Shown piece after piece: positions 39,342-51,084 of a DNA stretch of 64,000 nt. Position numbers and translations under genes: made by a program. The notes under the pieces were generated by a model. The model worked only from the letters and a program-made list of their open reading frames with translations, made no database searches and was not told the DNA's origin. Position 1 is the first letter of the stretch. Each line of letters opens with the position of its first letter. Source of the stretch: Bacilli bacterium (lineage in GTDB: Bacteria > Bacillota_I > Bacilli_A > RFN20 > CAG-826); NCBI GenBank assembly GCA_024408655.1, contig JAKSUV010000002.1, forward strand, positions 98,159 to 162,158. Direction: 5' to 3'.

Positions 39342-40371
39342 GTTTCACCTTCGCCCGTAATTGTCCGCAGGCGGCTGAAATATCGCTCCCAAATTCTTTC
39401 CGGATTTGGGCGTGTACGCCTAACTTCGTAAGCCAATCTAAAAATTGATGGATGCGCGCTTTATCACTCCGCTTAAACGGATTTTCTTTGACTTCGTTAT
39501 AAGGAATCAAATTGACATAAGCTAAGATTCCCTTAATTAATTTTGCTAAGGCAACAGCGTCTTCGTAAGAGTCATTAACGCCCTTTAGTAAAATGTATTC
39601 AAATGTCACACGACGACCAGCGATTTTCACATAATCTTTTGTCGCCGCCATTAACTCTTTTAATGGATAACGTTTATTAATTTTCATTAATTGGTCCCGC
39701 TGCTTATCTGTCGGTGCATGAAGAGAAATAGCTAGATTAATCTGTAATCCTTCACGCGCGTATTGACGCATTTTATCAACGATTCCAGAAGTGGAAACCG
39801 TAATATGACGAGCCCCGATTTCAAAGGCTTTGGGGTCGTTCACAATCCGAATAAAATCCATCACATTTTCGTAGTTATCAAATGGTTCGCCAGTCCCCAT
39901 CACGACAACATGCGATATTTTTGCTTTCGTGGGTTTTAATATTTCGTTTGCGAGTAATAACTCACCCACCATCTCATCCGTGGTTAGATTCCGTTTCTTC
40001 TTTAATAATCCGGAAGCGCAGAAAGCGCAGCCCATATTGCAACCCACTTGGCTTGATACACATAAAACATGGCCGTACCGGTATGGCATAATCACCGTTT
40101 CTACTAAGTTATGATCAGCGAGTTCCACTAAGAATTTAATCGTCCCATCTTTACTTTCTTCTTTAGTGAAGATGGTTGGTTTTTCTAAAGAAAAGTCGCG
40201 TTTTAAAACCGCACGAAAATCTTTTGACACATCGCTCATTTGATCAAACGAAGTCGCGCCTTTTAAATAAATCCAAGTAAAAAGTTGGGTCGCTCGAAAC
40301 GCCTTTTGATTATATTCATCTACTAAAAGCGTAGCTAGTTTTTCGCGCGTGTATTGGAAGAGATTTTTCAT
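39334..40371 (-). CDS. rlmN: 23S rRNA m2A2503 methyltransferase / tRNA methyltransferase RlmN (radical SAM)
   Basis: CNMGCAFC radical-SAM cluster and the conserved RlmN length and context. Confidence 0.88.
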   Translation of the reverse strand: MKNLFQYTREKLATLLVDEYNQKAFRATQLFTWIYLKGATSFDQMSDVSKDFRAVLKRDFSLEKPTIFTKEESKDGTIKFLVELADHNLVETVIMPYRYGHVLCVSSQVGCNMGCAFCASGLLKKKRNLTTDEMVGELLLANEILKPTKAKISHVVVMGTGEPFDNYENVMDFIRIVNDPKAFEIGARHITVSTSGIVDKMRQYAREGLQINLAISLHAPTDKQRDQLMKINKRYPLKELMAATKDYVKIAGRRVTFEYILLKGVNDSYEDAVALAKLIKGILAYVNLIPYNEVKENPFKRSDKARIHQFLDWLTKLGVHAQIRKEFGSDISAACGQLRAKVKHG

Positions 40372-40823
40372 TATTTCTTTTTGTTAAAATCCTTAAAGAT
40401 GTTACCTGTGTAAACTTTTTCTTCGTCGAGCAAATCCTCATCATCAACTTCTTCGGGTTCGCTTTTTACTAAGTTCGCATCGGTGATAAAACGGGGATAT
40501 TTGGGGTTAAAGTATTCCGCTAAATGATGGTTATGATAATAGGTAAAGACAAGGTGAAGATTAATCGAAAATAATTTAAATGTTTCAATTAGATACTTCG
40601 TAACATTAGCTTGTAATTCATGATATTTTTCCGGTAATAACACTTCAATTACCGCGTTCCAACTAGTTTGTTCCACCCCATGGTGGAAGATAAACGAGTT
40701 CGGCGCGTAAAACAAAATGTCATCCTCTTTACATTCAAAAAGTTTCGCTAAATTACTGGTGTGTTCCTTCGCGTAATTACCAACGACAAATTGGTCAAGA
40801 CCATAAACTTTCAATAAAATCAT
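40371..40823 (-). CDS. hypothetical protein with acidic C-terminal tail
   Basis: 150 aa. Stop overlaps the rlmN start. Sits where def-fmt-rsmB lie in Bacillus-type operons. Confidence 0.5.
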   Translation of the reverse strand: MILLKVYGLDQFVVGNYAKEHTSNLAKLFECKEDDILFYAPNSFIFHHGVEQTSWNAVIEVLLPEKYHELQANVTKYLIETFKLFSINLHLVFTYYHNHHLAEYFNPKYPRFITDANLVKSEPEEVDDEDLLDEEKVYTGNIFKDFNKKK

Positions 40824-40847
40824 ATCTTTGCTCCTTATTTATTATAC

Positions 40848-43043
40848 TTAAAAATCGAACGGGTCGACATTAACCATAATCGCAATTGATGGCTTATGTT
40901 GTAAAGTCAGAAGAAGTTGTTCTAAATATTTACGCAGCTCTCCTTCGCGTTTATATTTAATTAAAATCGTTCGCATATACCATTTGTTTTCGTAGGGAAT
41001 ATATGGTGTGGTGGGTCCTAAAACTTTAACCGTCGGATAATTTTTATTTAATAATTCATTCGCGATTTGGTAAGTAGCGTCTTCTGCGACTTCTTCGTTT
41101 TTCGCTTTAATCGTTAACGAAATTAAATAAGTATACGGTGGGTATTGACTCGTTTTCCGCACTAACATTTCTTGTCGAAAGAAGGCTTCATAATTTTGTT
41201 TACTCGCTAACGTAATTACATAATGCGTTGGCATATAAGTTTGAATCACCGCCTCGCCCGGCTTATGCGCACGGCCGCTTCGTCCCACCGCTTGGGTGAT
41301 TAAAGTAAAAGCTTTTTCCGTGTTACGGAAACTTGGTAAGGATAATCCAATATCGGCTAACACTACTCCCACTAAAGTGACATCAGGGAAATCATGGCCT
41401 TTCGCAATCATCTGAGTACCAATTAAAATATCGGCCGCGTGATGACGAAATTGTTCAATGACCTTACCGATATTATTGCGTACTTTGCCAACATCACTAT
41501 CAAGGCGTAAAGTTTTGGCGCTTGGAAATAAACGATTAATTTCTTGTTCGATTCGTTCTGTGCCAAAGCCAGTGCGCGACAAAAATTTTGAACCACAATG
41601 CGGACAAGTTTTACTCATCATTTCAACGTGCCCACAATGGTGACATTTGAGCATATTATCTTCACGGTGATAAGTTAAAGCAATATTACAATCCGGACAT
41701 TTGATCGTTTGCCCGCACTCGCGACATATCACTGAAGGCGCGTACCCGCGACGATTAATTAGTAAGATGACTTGTTCGTGGCGCGCTAGACGATTCTTAA
41801 TTTTTTCGTAGAGAACTTTGGAAAACATGTGTGATTCACGGCACAAGTTATAGCCTTTCAACATATCAACAATTGTGGTCTTCGGTAATGGCATCTCGTT
41901 AATCCGTTTTGGCAGTAAAACATGATTATAGATACCGCGCATTGCTCTAATTCGCGTTTCTAGTAATGGCGTCGCGCTACCTAATACCACTAGTGCGTTA
42001 TTAGTTTTCGCACGCATAAAAGCGACTTCACGGGCATGATAAGTTGGCACAACATCTTGTTTATAGGATTCAACATGTTCTTCATCAAGAATAATTAATC
42101 CGATATTTTTTAGTGGCGCAAAAATCGCGCTCCGCGCCCCGACGACAATATGTGCTTCACCCCGAGCAATCCGCCGGTACTCATCGTATTTTTCCGCCGG
42201 GGTTAATTCACTATGTAAAATCGCGACTTTCCCGTGGAATCGTCTTTGATAATATTCCACCATCACGTGGGTCAAAGAAATTTCGGGCACCAGCATTAAA
42301 ACATTTTTGCCACCTCGAATAACTTCTTCACTAAGCGCTAAATAAACTTCGGTTTTACCAGATCCCGTTACCCCTTCTAATAAACTCGTTTTACTTTTGC
42401 CATGTAAAATCGCTTGCACCGCTTTCTTTTGGTCCGGCGTTAAATTTTTCTTTTGTTCCTTAGCAAATTCCGGAATTTTTAAACGCGGCGCTTCAATCGC
42501 AATTTCGCGAATCCGTTTTAATTCAATTAGTTTCTTAACGATACTTGGACTTTTTACATCGCGTTTTAAAACTTTATCATTCTGATAAATTAGCCGTAAT
42601 AATTCAATTTGTTTTGGGGTTAAATCTTTTTCGCTTGGATCAAGAATTGCTAAATATTTAGCGTAATGAATTTTCGGCGCTTTTAAGCTCGAATAGCGTG
42701 GCGCTAAACTCGGCGGGAGCATCGTTTGTAAAACACTAATTAACGGTGCTAGATAATAATTCGCGACCTTTTTCGCTAACGCAAATAATTCATCATCGAG
42801 TAACGGCGATTGATCAAGGACGCGTTTAATATCGTTAATAACAAAACCTGATTCATGTTCATAAGCGGCCTTATCGCGTGGATCATTAATCACGTTAATC
42901 ACGTAGCCTACCACTTCTTGATGGTTAAAGGGGACAATTACGCGCACGCCTTTTGCTAATTTATCCTGAAAAGGATAGCGATAAGTAAACGGCCGGTTTA
43001 GGGCGTTAGCGCTACGTTCAATGAGCACTTCCGCTAAAATCAT
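40848..43043 (-). CDS. priA: primosomal protein N' (replication restart helicase)
   Basis: 731 aa. Walker A GVTGSGKT, DEEH, and Cys-rich zinc-binding region CxxC...CxxC. Confidence 0.9.
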   Translation of the reverse strand: MILAEVLIERSANALNRPFTYRYPFQDKLAKGVRVIVPFNHQEVVGYVINVINDPRDKAAYEHESGFVINDIKRVLDQSPLLDDELFALAKKVANYYLAPLISVLQTMLPPSLAPRYSSLKAPKIHYAKYLAILDPSEKDLTPKQIELLRLIYQNDKVLKRDVKSPSIVKKLIELKRIREIAIEAPRLKIPEFAKEQKKNLTPDQKKAVQAILHGKSKTSLLEGVTGSGKTEVYLALSEEVIRGGKNVLMLVPEISLTHVMVEYYQRRFHGKVAILHSELTPAEKYDEYRRIARGEAHIVVGARSAIFAPLKNIGLIILDEEHVESYKQDVVPTYHAREVAFMRAKTNNALVVLGSATPLLETRIRAMRGIYNHVLLPKRINEMPLPKTTIVDMLKGYNLCRESHMFSKVLYEKIKNRLARHEQVILLINRRGYAPSVICRECGQTIKCPDCNIALTYHREDNMLKCHHCGHVEMMSKTCPHCGSKFLSRTGFGTERIEQEINRLFPSAKTLRLDSDVGKVRNNIGKVIEQFRHHAADILIGTQMIAKGHDFPDVTLVGVVLADIGLSLPSFRNTEKAFTLITQAVGRSGRAHKPGEAVIQTYMPTHYVITLASKQNYEAFFRQEMLVRKTSQYPPYTYLISLTIKAKNEEVAEDATYQIANELLNKNYPTVKVLGPTTPYIPYENKWYMRTILIKYKREGELRKYLEQLLLTLQHKPSIAIMVNVDPFDF

Positions 43044-43046
43044 CGC

Positions 43047-43628
43047 TTAACCCCTTTGCTTAATAGCCGCTTTAATAATTTGCCTAATTTCTTTGGCTGC
43101 CCGGTCTACCTTATCGTTAATCACAACATAATCAAAACGATTTTTTAACTTTAATTCAACCCGGGCTTGCGCTAACCGCTTCTTAATCGTCGCGGCACTT
43201 TCGGTGGACCGTCCTTTAATCCGCTTCGCTAATTCTTTTAAACTCGGCGGGACGATAAAAAACGATAAGACTTCACTTGCCGGGAAAGCCTTTTTCACGT
43301 TCTTCGCGCCGTTAACATCAATTTCGAGCATCACGTTTTTCCCTTGGTGACGCGCTTTATTAATTTGACTCTTTGAAGTGCCATAATAATGCCCGACGTA
43401 TTGGTTATATTCTAAGAGGTCGTGATTTTTAATCGCCGCTAAGAAATCCTTGCGCGAAACAAAGTAATAATCGACACCGTTTTTTTCACCAGCCCGTTTT
43501 GCTCGAGTGGTTAAAGAAATCGAGAAAACGAGTTTAAGTGAATGGTCACGCATTACTTCTTTTCTTATGGTGCCTTTTCCAACCCCACTAGGACCAGCAA
43601 TTATGATTAATAAACCAGGCTTTTTCAT
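43047..43628 (-). CDS. gmk: guanylate kinase
   Basis: 193 aa with GPSGVGKGT. Confidence 0.9.
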   Translation of the reverse strand: MKKPGLLIIIAGPSGVGKGTIRKEVMRDHSLKLVFSISLTTRAKRAGEKNGVDYYFVSRKDFLAAIKNHDLLEYNQYVGHYYGTSKSQINKARHQGKNVMLEIDVNGAKNVKKAFPASEVLSFFIVPPSLKELAKRIKGRSTESAATIKKRLAQARVELKLKNRFDYVVINDKVDRAAKEIRQIIKAAIKQRG

Positions 43629-43686
43629 TGTAAAAATATTATAACTAATAAATCAATTAGTGGCAATGTTGCTTATAGCAAAAACT

Positions 43687-43714
43687 AAAAAAGAAAACCG
43701 CTCAAGGGCGGTTC
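43687..43714 (-). terminator. rho-independent terminator after the membrane-protein gene
   Basis: AACCGC-tcaagg-GCGGTT hairpin with a T-run on the minus strand. Confidence 0.5.
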
Positions 43715-43742
43715 TCTTAGTTAATAAATAATTAGTGAAAGA

Positions 43743-44393
43743 CTAGCGAGGTTTACCAACGTTAGCGGTCGTCCGGAAAATCAAGATAACGTAGTTGATG
43801 GCGTATAAAATGGCAGCGAAAGAGAAGACGATAGAAATAGCGCCAATCGCGGCCACTAATTTTTCGTCTGGATCGGCCATATCAATTTTTTCTCCTAAGA
43901 AGCTTAACACAATCATCGCGACCACTTGAATGATAAAACAAACTAAGACAAAGTTGGCTTGACCTTTAACGCGAGGAGAGATCTCTTTACAACCGCTAAT
44001 GATGCATAATAAGACGACAACTTCAGCAACCGAGGTAAAGATATTAATAACATTAATAATCGTGGCAATAACCGCTGGGGCATTTGGATTAGTAGCGACA
44101 ACGATTCCTAAAATTAAACAAACAATCGCTAGCACTAGCGAAGCAATTTTTAGAAAACTTGCTTGGTGGAATTTGTGATTACCTTTACCAGCAATATGTA
44201 AGCCACATAAATCAATAATGTAACAAACAACTAGAACGGTCGCAGTAATTAAAGTGCCATAACTTAAAAACTTTATTAAGCCTTCCATGTCTTCTTTCAC
44301 AAAGCCGCTTAAGATAGCGTAAGCCACTGACCAGCCAATGTTAAGAATGATGGAGAACGATAATAGTCGTAAACCTTTTTTTGCGTATTTCAT
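43743..44393 (-). CDS. hypothetical integral membrane protein
   Basis: 6 TMs. Start at MKYAKK; the ORF extends to 44429. Confidence 0.5.
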   Translation of the reverse strand: MKYAKKGLRLLSFSIILNIGWSVAYAILSGFVKEDMEGLIKFLSYGTLITATVLVVCYIIDLCGLHIAGKGNHKFHQASFLKIASLVLAIVCLILGIVVATNPNAPAVIATIINVINIFTSVAEVVVLLCIISGCKEISPRVKGQANFVLVCFIIQVVAMIVLSFLGEKIDMADPDEKLVAAIGAISIVFSFAAILYAINYVILIFRTTANVGKPR

Positions 44394-44507
44394 AAAAACC
44401 TCACTTTTCTCTATTAATAATATTAACACGATAAAGAAATAAACATTTATTTTTCGTCAGTGTTAGTTAAATTCTTGCGCGTTTATGTATATAATTTAAT
44501 CACCCAA

Positions 44508-45875
44508 ATGAAAATTAATTCGCTGAACTTAAAACAAATCATTAAGGCCTACACGCCTTCTTTAATCCATAAGCGGATTAGCGATATTACTTTAGTTAAT
44601 TCGCGCCTATTTTTGTTCACACTAAAAAACGAAAAGCAAAAGTTAGTGGTTGATCTAGATAATACCAAGCCCCACATAGGTTTACTTGATACATCTTATG
44701 ATGAGTTGTCTTTACCAAGTGAATTCATCGCCCGCGCCATGATGAACGGACGCCCACTAATTAACGATATCACCCAAATGAATAATGACCGCGTCATCCG
44801 AATTACAACAGTTGCAACCGATGCTTATTATCACCAAAATCGTTACTACCTCTATCTCGAACTTATTCCAGCGCACGCGAATATGATTTTAACGGATCAA
44901 AATAACCGGATTATTGTTGCCTTCTATGAAACTAGTCCCCTTAATCCGCGACCGCTAATTAAAAATGGTATCTATACTTTACCAGCTAAAAAGAACGAAG
45001 AAAATACACCGATAGATTTTTCTTTAACAACATATAGTAAATATGTTGAAGTAGCGTTTAATGAATCACTTAATAAACGGAAAAAAGAACTATATGGCCA
45101 ATATCTAAAAAAATATGCGAAGCGAGTCCGTGCGCTAGAAAAAAAGATTAGTGCTATCCACGATGCAAAAAAGAAGGCGGAAGAACGTTTATCCGATAAA
45201 GAACGGGGCGAGTTACTCCTAATGAACGCTAATGAAATTAAGCCCGGCGCAACTAGTTTTCAATCGATTAAATTAAACCCAAGTAAGAATGCTATTCAAA
45301 ACGCCAATGATTATTTTGCAAAATATAAAAAAGCGAAACGCACACTAATTAATACTGAAGAAATTTTAAAATCCGTCGAAGAGGAATTAGACACCGCACG
45401 CTTTTATTGCGACGTGTTTACTTACGCAAGTGAAGAAGAAATTCGGACATTACTTAAGCCAGTAAATAAATCAGCAAAACAAAATATCCCTGCTTATCTC
45501 CCCTACTACATTGATTATCAAAACGTTCGTTATTATTTCGGCGAAAACGCCCTCGAAAACGATTATCTAACTTTTAAAATGTTTAAAAATAGTAGTCGCG
45601 CCACCTGGCTCCATCTAAAAGACCAACCCAGTGCACATCTTATTATTAATAGCGAAAATCCATCGAATCAAATACTTGATTTAGCTGCCTCTATATTACT
45701 TGTAATCTCGCGACTAAATAGTGGCGAAATTATGTACGCTCATCGGCGCGATCTTACTCGCGATAACGCTTTAGCGAAAGTGAATGTCCGCCACTATCAA
45801 AGTATTAATTTACGAAAAATTAATCCACTTGCATTAGAATTATTAAAAAAGAAGAAACGCTACCATGCGGAATGA
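44508..45875 (+). CDS. NFACT-family protein (RqcH/FbpA-like; NFACT-N + DUF814/NFACT-R)
   Basis: N-terminal NFACT-N-like region, coiled coil, and C-terminal WLHLKDQPSAHLII (DUF814). Start placed at MKINSL; the ORF begins at 44460. Confidence 0.65.
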   Translation: MKINSLNLKQIIKAYTPSLIHKRISDITLVNSRLFLFTLKNEKQKLVVDLDNTKPHIGLLDTSYDELSLPSEFIARAMMNGRPLINDITQMNNDRVIRITTVATDAYYHQNRYYLYLELIPAHANMILTDQNNRIIVAFYETSPLNPRPLIKNGIYTLPAKKNEENTPIDFSLTTYSKYVEVAFNESLNKRKKELYGQYLKKYAKRVRALEKKISAIHDAKKKAEERLSDKERGELLLMNANEIKPGATSFQSIKLNPSKNAIQNANDYFAKYKKAKRTLINTEEILKSVEEELDTARFYCDVFTYASEEEIRTLLKPVNKSAKQNIPAYLPYYIDYQNVRYYFGENALENDYLTFKMFKNSSRATWLHLKDQPSAHLIINSENPSNQILDLAASILLVISRLNSGEIMYAHRRDLTRDNALAKVNVRHYQSINLRKINPLALELLKKKKRYHAE

Positions 45876-46683
45876 AGAACAAATTGCTCACTTAATTAAT
45901 GCCCCCGTTCATAGCATTAGCCCGATTTATGCTGGTGTTTCTAACACTAGTTATTTAGTCAATTATCGCTACGTTGTGCGGATTAAAAGTATGGCGGAAA
46001 AACTCTATTCCGCGCAAAGAGAACGCTATATTATGTGGAAAATTCAAGGCCTCGGTATTTCTGAATCCCTGATTAGTCTTGATGACATCGGTAATAAAGT
46101 AAGCCAATATATTCCAAACGCCAAAACCTTTAAGCCAAACGAAGTAATGGTCCAAGGGGCCGCACAATTACTAAAGAAACTCCACACGGCAAAAATTCGT
46201 ACGCTCGTTTATTTTCGACCATTTAAACGTTTTAAATTTTATAAACAAGCTAGTGACGAAACCACCACCTTTTCGCACGAATCACTTGTCTTAAAGAAAG
46301 TTCATCGGATTTATCGCCACCACCGCCACGTGTTTTGTCATAACGATGTGGTGGAAAATAATTTACTTTACACGAGTAAACGAAATTACCTCATCGATTA
46401 TGAATTCGCAGGAAAGAATATTGCCCTTTTTGATTTAGCCTCTTTTATTAGCGAAAATAATTTAACTGACCAACACCTTATTAAATTATTCCTTGATACT
46501 TATGGAGCGAGTGATAAACAAATTAACGACTTACCATATATGGTGATGTTTTTAAATCTGCTTTGGTATTACTGGGCGATCGAACGCTATAAGACCACTA
46601 AAAAAGAAATATTTAAAAAGATTGCTGACGAAAAGAAAACGCATATCCAGGCTGATATGCGTTCCTTATTAATCCTAAAATAA
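45865..46683 (+). CDS. choline/ethanolamine-kinase-like phosphotransferase (APH/ChoK fold)
   Basis: Brenner motif HNDVVENNLLY and IDYEFAG (DxE). Overlaps the upstream gene by 11 nt. Confidence 0.7.
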   Translation: MRNEEQIAHLINAPVHSISPIYAGVSNTSYLVNYRYVVRIKSMAEKLYSAQRERYIMWKIQGLGISESLISLDDIGNKVSQYIPNAKTFKPNEVMVQGAAQLLKKLHTAKIRTLVYFRPFKRFKFYKQASDETTTFSHESLVLKKVHRIYRHHRHVFCHNDVVENNLLYTSKRNYLIDYEFAGKNIALFDLASFISENNLTDQHLIKLFLDTYGASDKQINDLPYMVMFLNLLWYYWAIERYKTTKKEIFKKIADEKKTHIQADMRSLLILK

Positions 46684-46684
46684 T

Positions 46685-47215
46685 TTACTTGGTAAATTTA
46701 TCTTGATAACGTTTTAAACCGTTTTGAATTGCTTTAATCGCAGCGGTATGACCTTCGACTTTCCGCACCGCGGTCTTTTTATCTTCGAGTTCTTTATACA
46801 CCCGGAAGAAATGAGAAATTTCGTTTACAATGTGAGGCGGTAATTCGCGAATATCCTTATAACTATTATAGAAAGGATCATGTTGAGCGACCGCGATAAT
46901 CTTTTCGTCAATCTTCCCTTGGTCTTTCATATAAAGAATGCCAATTGGCATACAATCAACAAGGGCAAGGGGGACGATAGGTTCACTCGTGAGCACTAAG
47001 ACATCAAGTGGATCATCATCAAGCGCGAGCGTTAGAGGAATAAAACCGTAGTTTTGTGGATAGTTAGTGGATGTATAAAGGATCCGGTCAAGGCGTAATA
47101 AGCCCGATTCTTTATCAAGCTCGTATTTATTTTTACTGCCTTTTGAAATCTCAATACAAGCGACAAAATCACTCGGTTTAACTTTGTCTTTATTAACGTT
47201 ATGCCATGGATTCAT
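46685..47215 (-). CDS. ppa: inorganic pyrophosphatase (family I)
   Basis: 176 aa with the DxDPxD-like acidic core (DDDPLDVLVL). Confidence 0.88.
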   Translation of the reverse strand: MNPWHNVNKDKVKPSDFVACIEISKGSKNKYELDKESGLLRLDRILYTSTNYPQNYGFIPLTLALDDDPLDVLVLTSEPIVPLALVDCMPIGILYMKDQGKIDEKIIAVAQHDPFYNSYKDIRELPPHIVNEISHFFRVYKELEDKKTAVRKVEGHTAAIKAIQNGLKRYQDKFTK

Positions 47216-47243
47216 AAAATACCTCGCGTTTTATTTTAACCGA

Positions 47244-48437
47244 CTATCCTTTTTTAAGTAAAGCAAAATCCGCAAACGCCATCGCTTCTTTAAGGGTCTT
47301 AAACTTACCATAGAAGAAATCATTGCCAAGCGCATCACTTAAAATTTCTGGATTCCGTCCTGACATACAAATGTTGTTATAGTAAGTCGCACACACCTCA
47401 TCGAAACTATGGACATAGTTAAAGCGATCACGACGCGTTGCGGCCATACAAATAAACTTTTCGTAATCGGTCCGTTCGCGGTTTTCGTCAAACATCATGA
47501 CATCCGCCCACACGTGGTGACATGAAGTAGATAAGGCGAAGTTAATCATATCGGGAGTTGAACCTCCGGGTGGTCGCATGTTACATTCTAGGCCAACATA
47601 GTCACCTTTTTTACCTAAGCCTTTTTTCGTCGCGGTTAAGCGGAAAAATTCAATGTGGAAGAAACGTTTTTTAATCCCGAAGGCTTTCACCACGGCCCGC
47701 CCAATCTTTTCAAATTTTGGATCAACAAAAGCGGTCGTATAATACCGGTTATCAATTTGTTCATGAAGAACAATATCAATTGGCGTTAAGAAATGCGATT
47801 CATCACAAATCACGACTTCGCCTTTTGAATTACAAATCCCATCAAATGACATTAAATCACCGGTAATAAATTCTTCCATAATGTAAGAGACATTGACGTC
47901 GCGTTCCATAAAGAAACGGTCTAAATCGTTTTCGTTAGAAATCTTGTAGGTGCGTTGTGCGCCCACACCAACCGCGGGTTTTATAAACACAGGGTAATTA
48001 ACTTCTTTAATAAACGCTAAACAATGGGCTTTATCATCAACCATATGGTAACGCGCTACTTTCGCTCCGCCCGCTAAAAAGAATTTCTTCATTTTCGCTT
48101 TGTTAGTGATGTTATCCATGTCCTCGGGACGAAGTCCATCAATATTAAAGCGCTGCCGAAGGGCGGCGTCATTTCTTAACCAATATTCGTTATTGGATTC
48201 AAGATAATCAATGTGCCCGTATTTATTTTCGAAAAATTCAACCGCTTCACATTGCCGGTCAAAATTATTCATATCATAGCAACGATAGTATTCTGTCATA
48301 CTCGCTTTGGCGATGGGATGAAGATCATCGTAAGGGGCATCACCAATCCCTAAAACATTAAAGCCCGCACTTTTTAAACCTTCTAGGAAAGCGTAATAGC
48401 CTTCGGGAAAATTAGGAGAAATAAAAATAAAATTCAT
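47244..48437 (-). CDS. ATP-grasp domain protein of unknown specificity
   Basis: 397 aa. ATP-grasp blocks (FIKPAVGVG...EEFITGD...ECNMRPPGG). Start overlaps the atpC stop by 4 nt. Confidence 0.7.
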   Translation of the reverse strand: MNFIFISPNFPEGYYAFLEGLKSAGFNVLGIGDAPYDDLHPIAKASMTEYYRCYDMNNFDRQCEAVEFFENKYGHIDYLESNNEYWLRNDAALRQRFNIDGLRPEDMDNITNKAKMKKFFLAGGAKVARYHMVDDKAHCLAFIKEVNYPVFIKPAVGVGAQRTYKISNENDLDRFFMERDVNVSYIMEEFITGDLMSFDGICNSKGEVVICDESHFLTPIDIVLHEQIDNRYYTTAFVDPKFEKIGRAVVKAFGIKKRFFHIEFFRLTATKKGLGKKGDYVGLECNMRPPGGSTPDMINFALSTSCHHVWADVMMFDENRERTDYEKFICMAATRRDRFNYVHSFDEVCATYYNNICMSGRNPEILSDALGNDFFYGKFKTLKEAMAFADFALLKKG

Positions 48438-48844
48438 AAAATATCCTTCTTCATTGTATTCATTCGAACAAGCGCCCGTTTGAGCGCTAATTCGGCACGC
48501 TGAATGTCGATTGCTTTATCCTTTTTATTGATCCGGGCTTCGGCTCGCTCATGAGCTTTCTTCGCTCGTTCTAAATCAATCGCATCCGTGTGCTCAATAT
48601 TATTAACGGCTAGTTCGACGACGTCTTTTTTTACATTAAGTACACCGGCGAAAAGCGCGTAATAATTTTTGTGATTATCTTTATCGATAATACAACAAGG
48701 CGCCATATCAACGCCCGTAATTAAAGTATCGTGTCCGGCTAAAATTCCCATGTAGCCTAAAGACGTCTTTAAATAAAGCTCTTTCACCTCTTCGTGAAGA
48801 TAAACGCCTTTAGGAGTAGAAATTTCAAGCACAAACGGTTTCAT
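48434..48844 (-). CDS. atpC: F0F1 ATP synthase subunit epsilon
   Basis: 136 aa. Operon position and sequence fit the epsilon subunit. Confidence 0.85.
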   Translation of the reverse strand: MKPFVLEISTPKGVYLHEEVKELYLKTSLGYMGILAGHDTLITGVDMAPCCIIDKDNHKNYYALFAGVLNVKKDVVELAVNNIEHTDAIDLERAKKAHERAEARINKKDKAIDIQRAELALKRALVRMNTMKKDIL

Positions 48845-48846
48845 AC

Positions 48847-51082
<2,236 letters not shown>

Positions 51083-51084
51083 AA

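Noticed and set aside
43629-43742. 114-nt gap between gmk and the upstream membrane-protein gene, as a possible small RNA (rpoZ is absent here)
   Set aside because: The region contains a clear intrinsic terminator hairpin for the upstream gene and AT-rich promoter-like sequence. It has no ORF of omega-subunit size and no structured-RNA signature that I could see.
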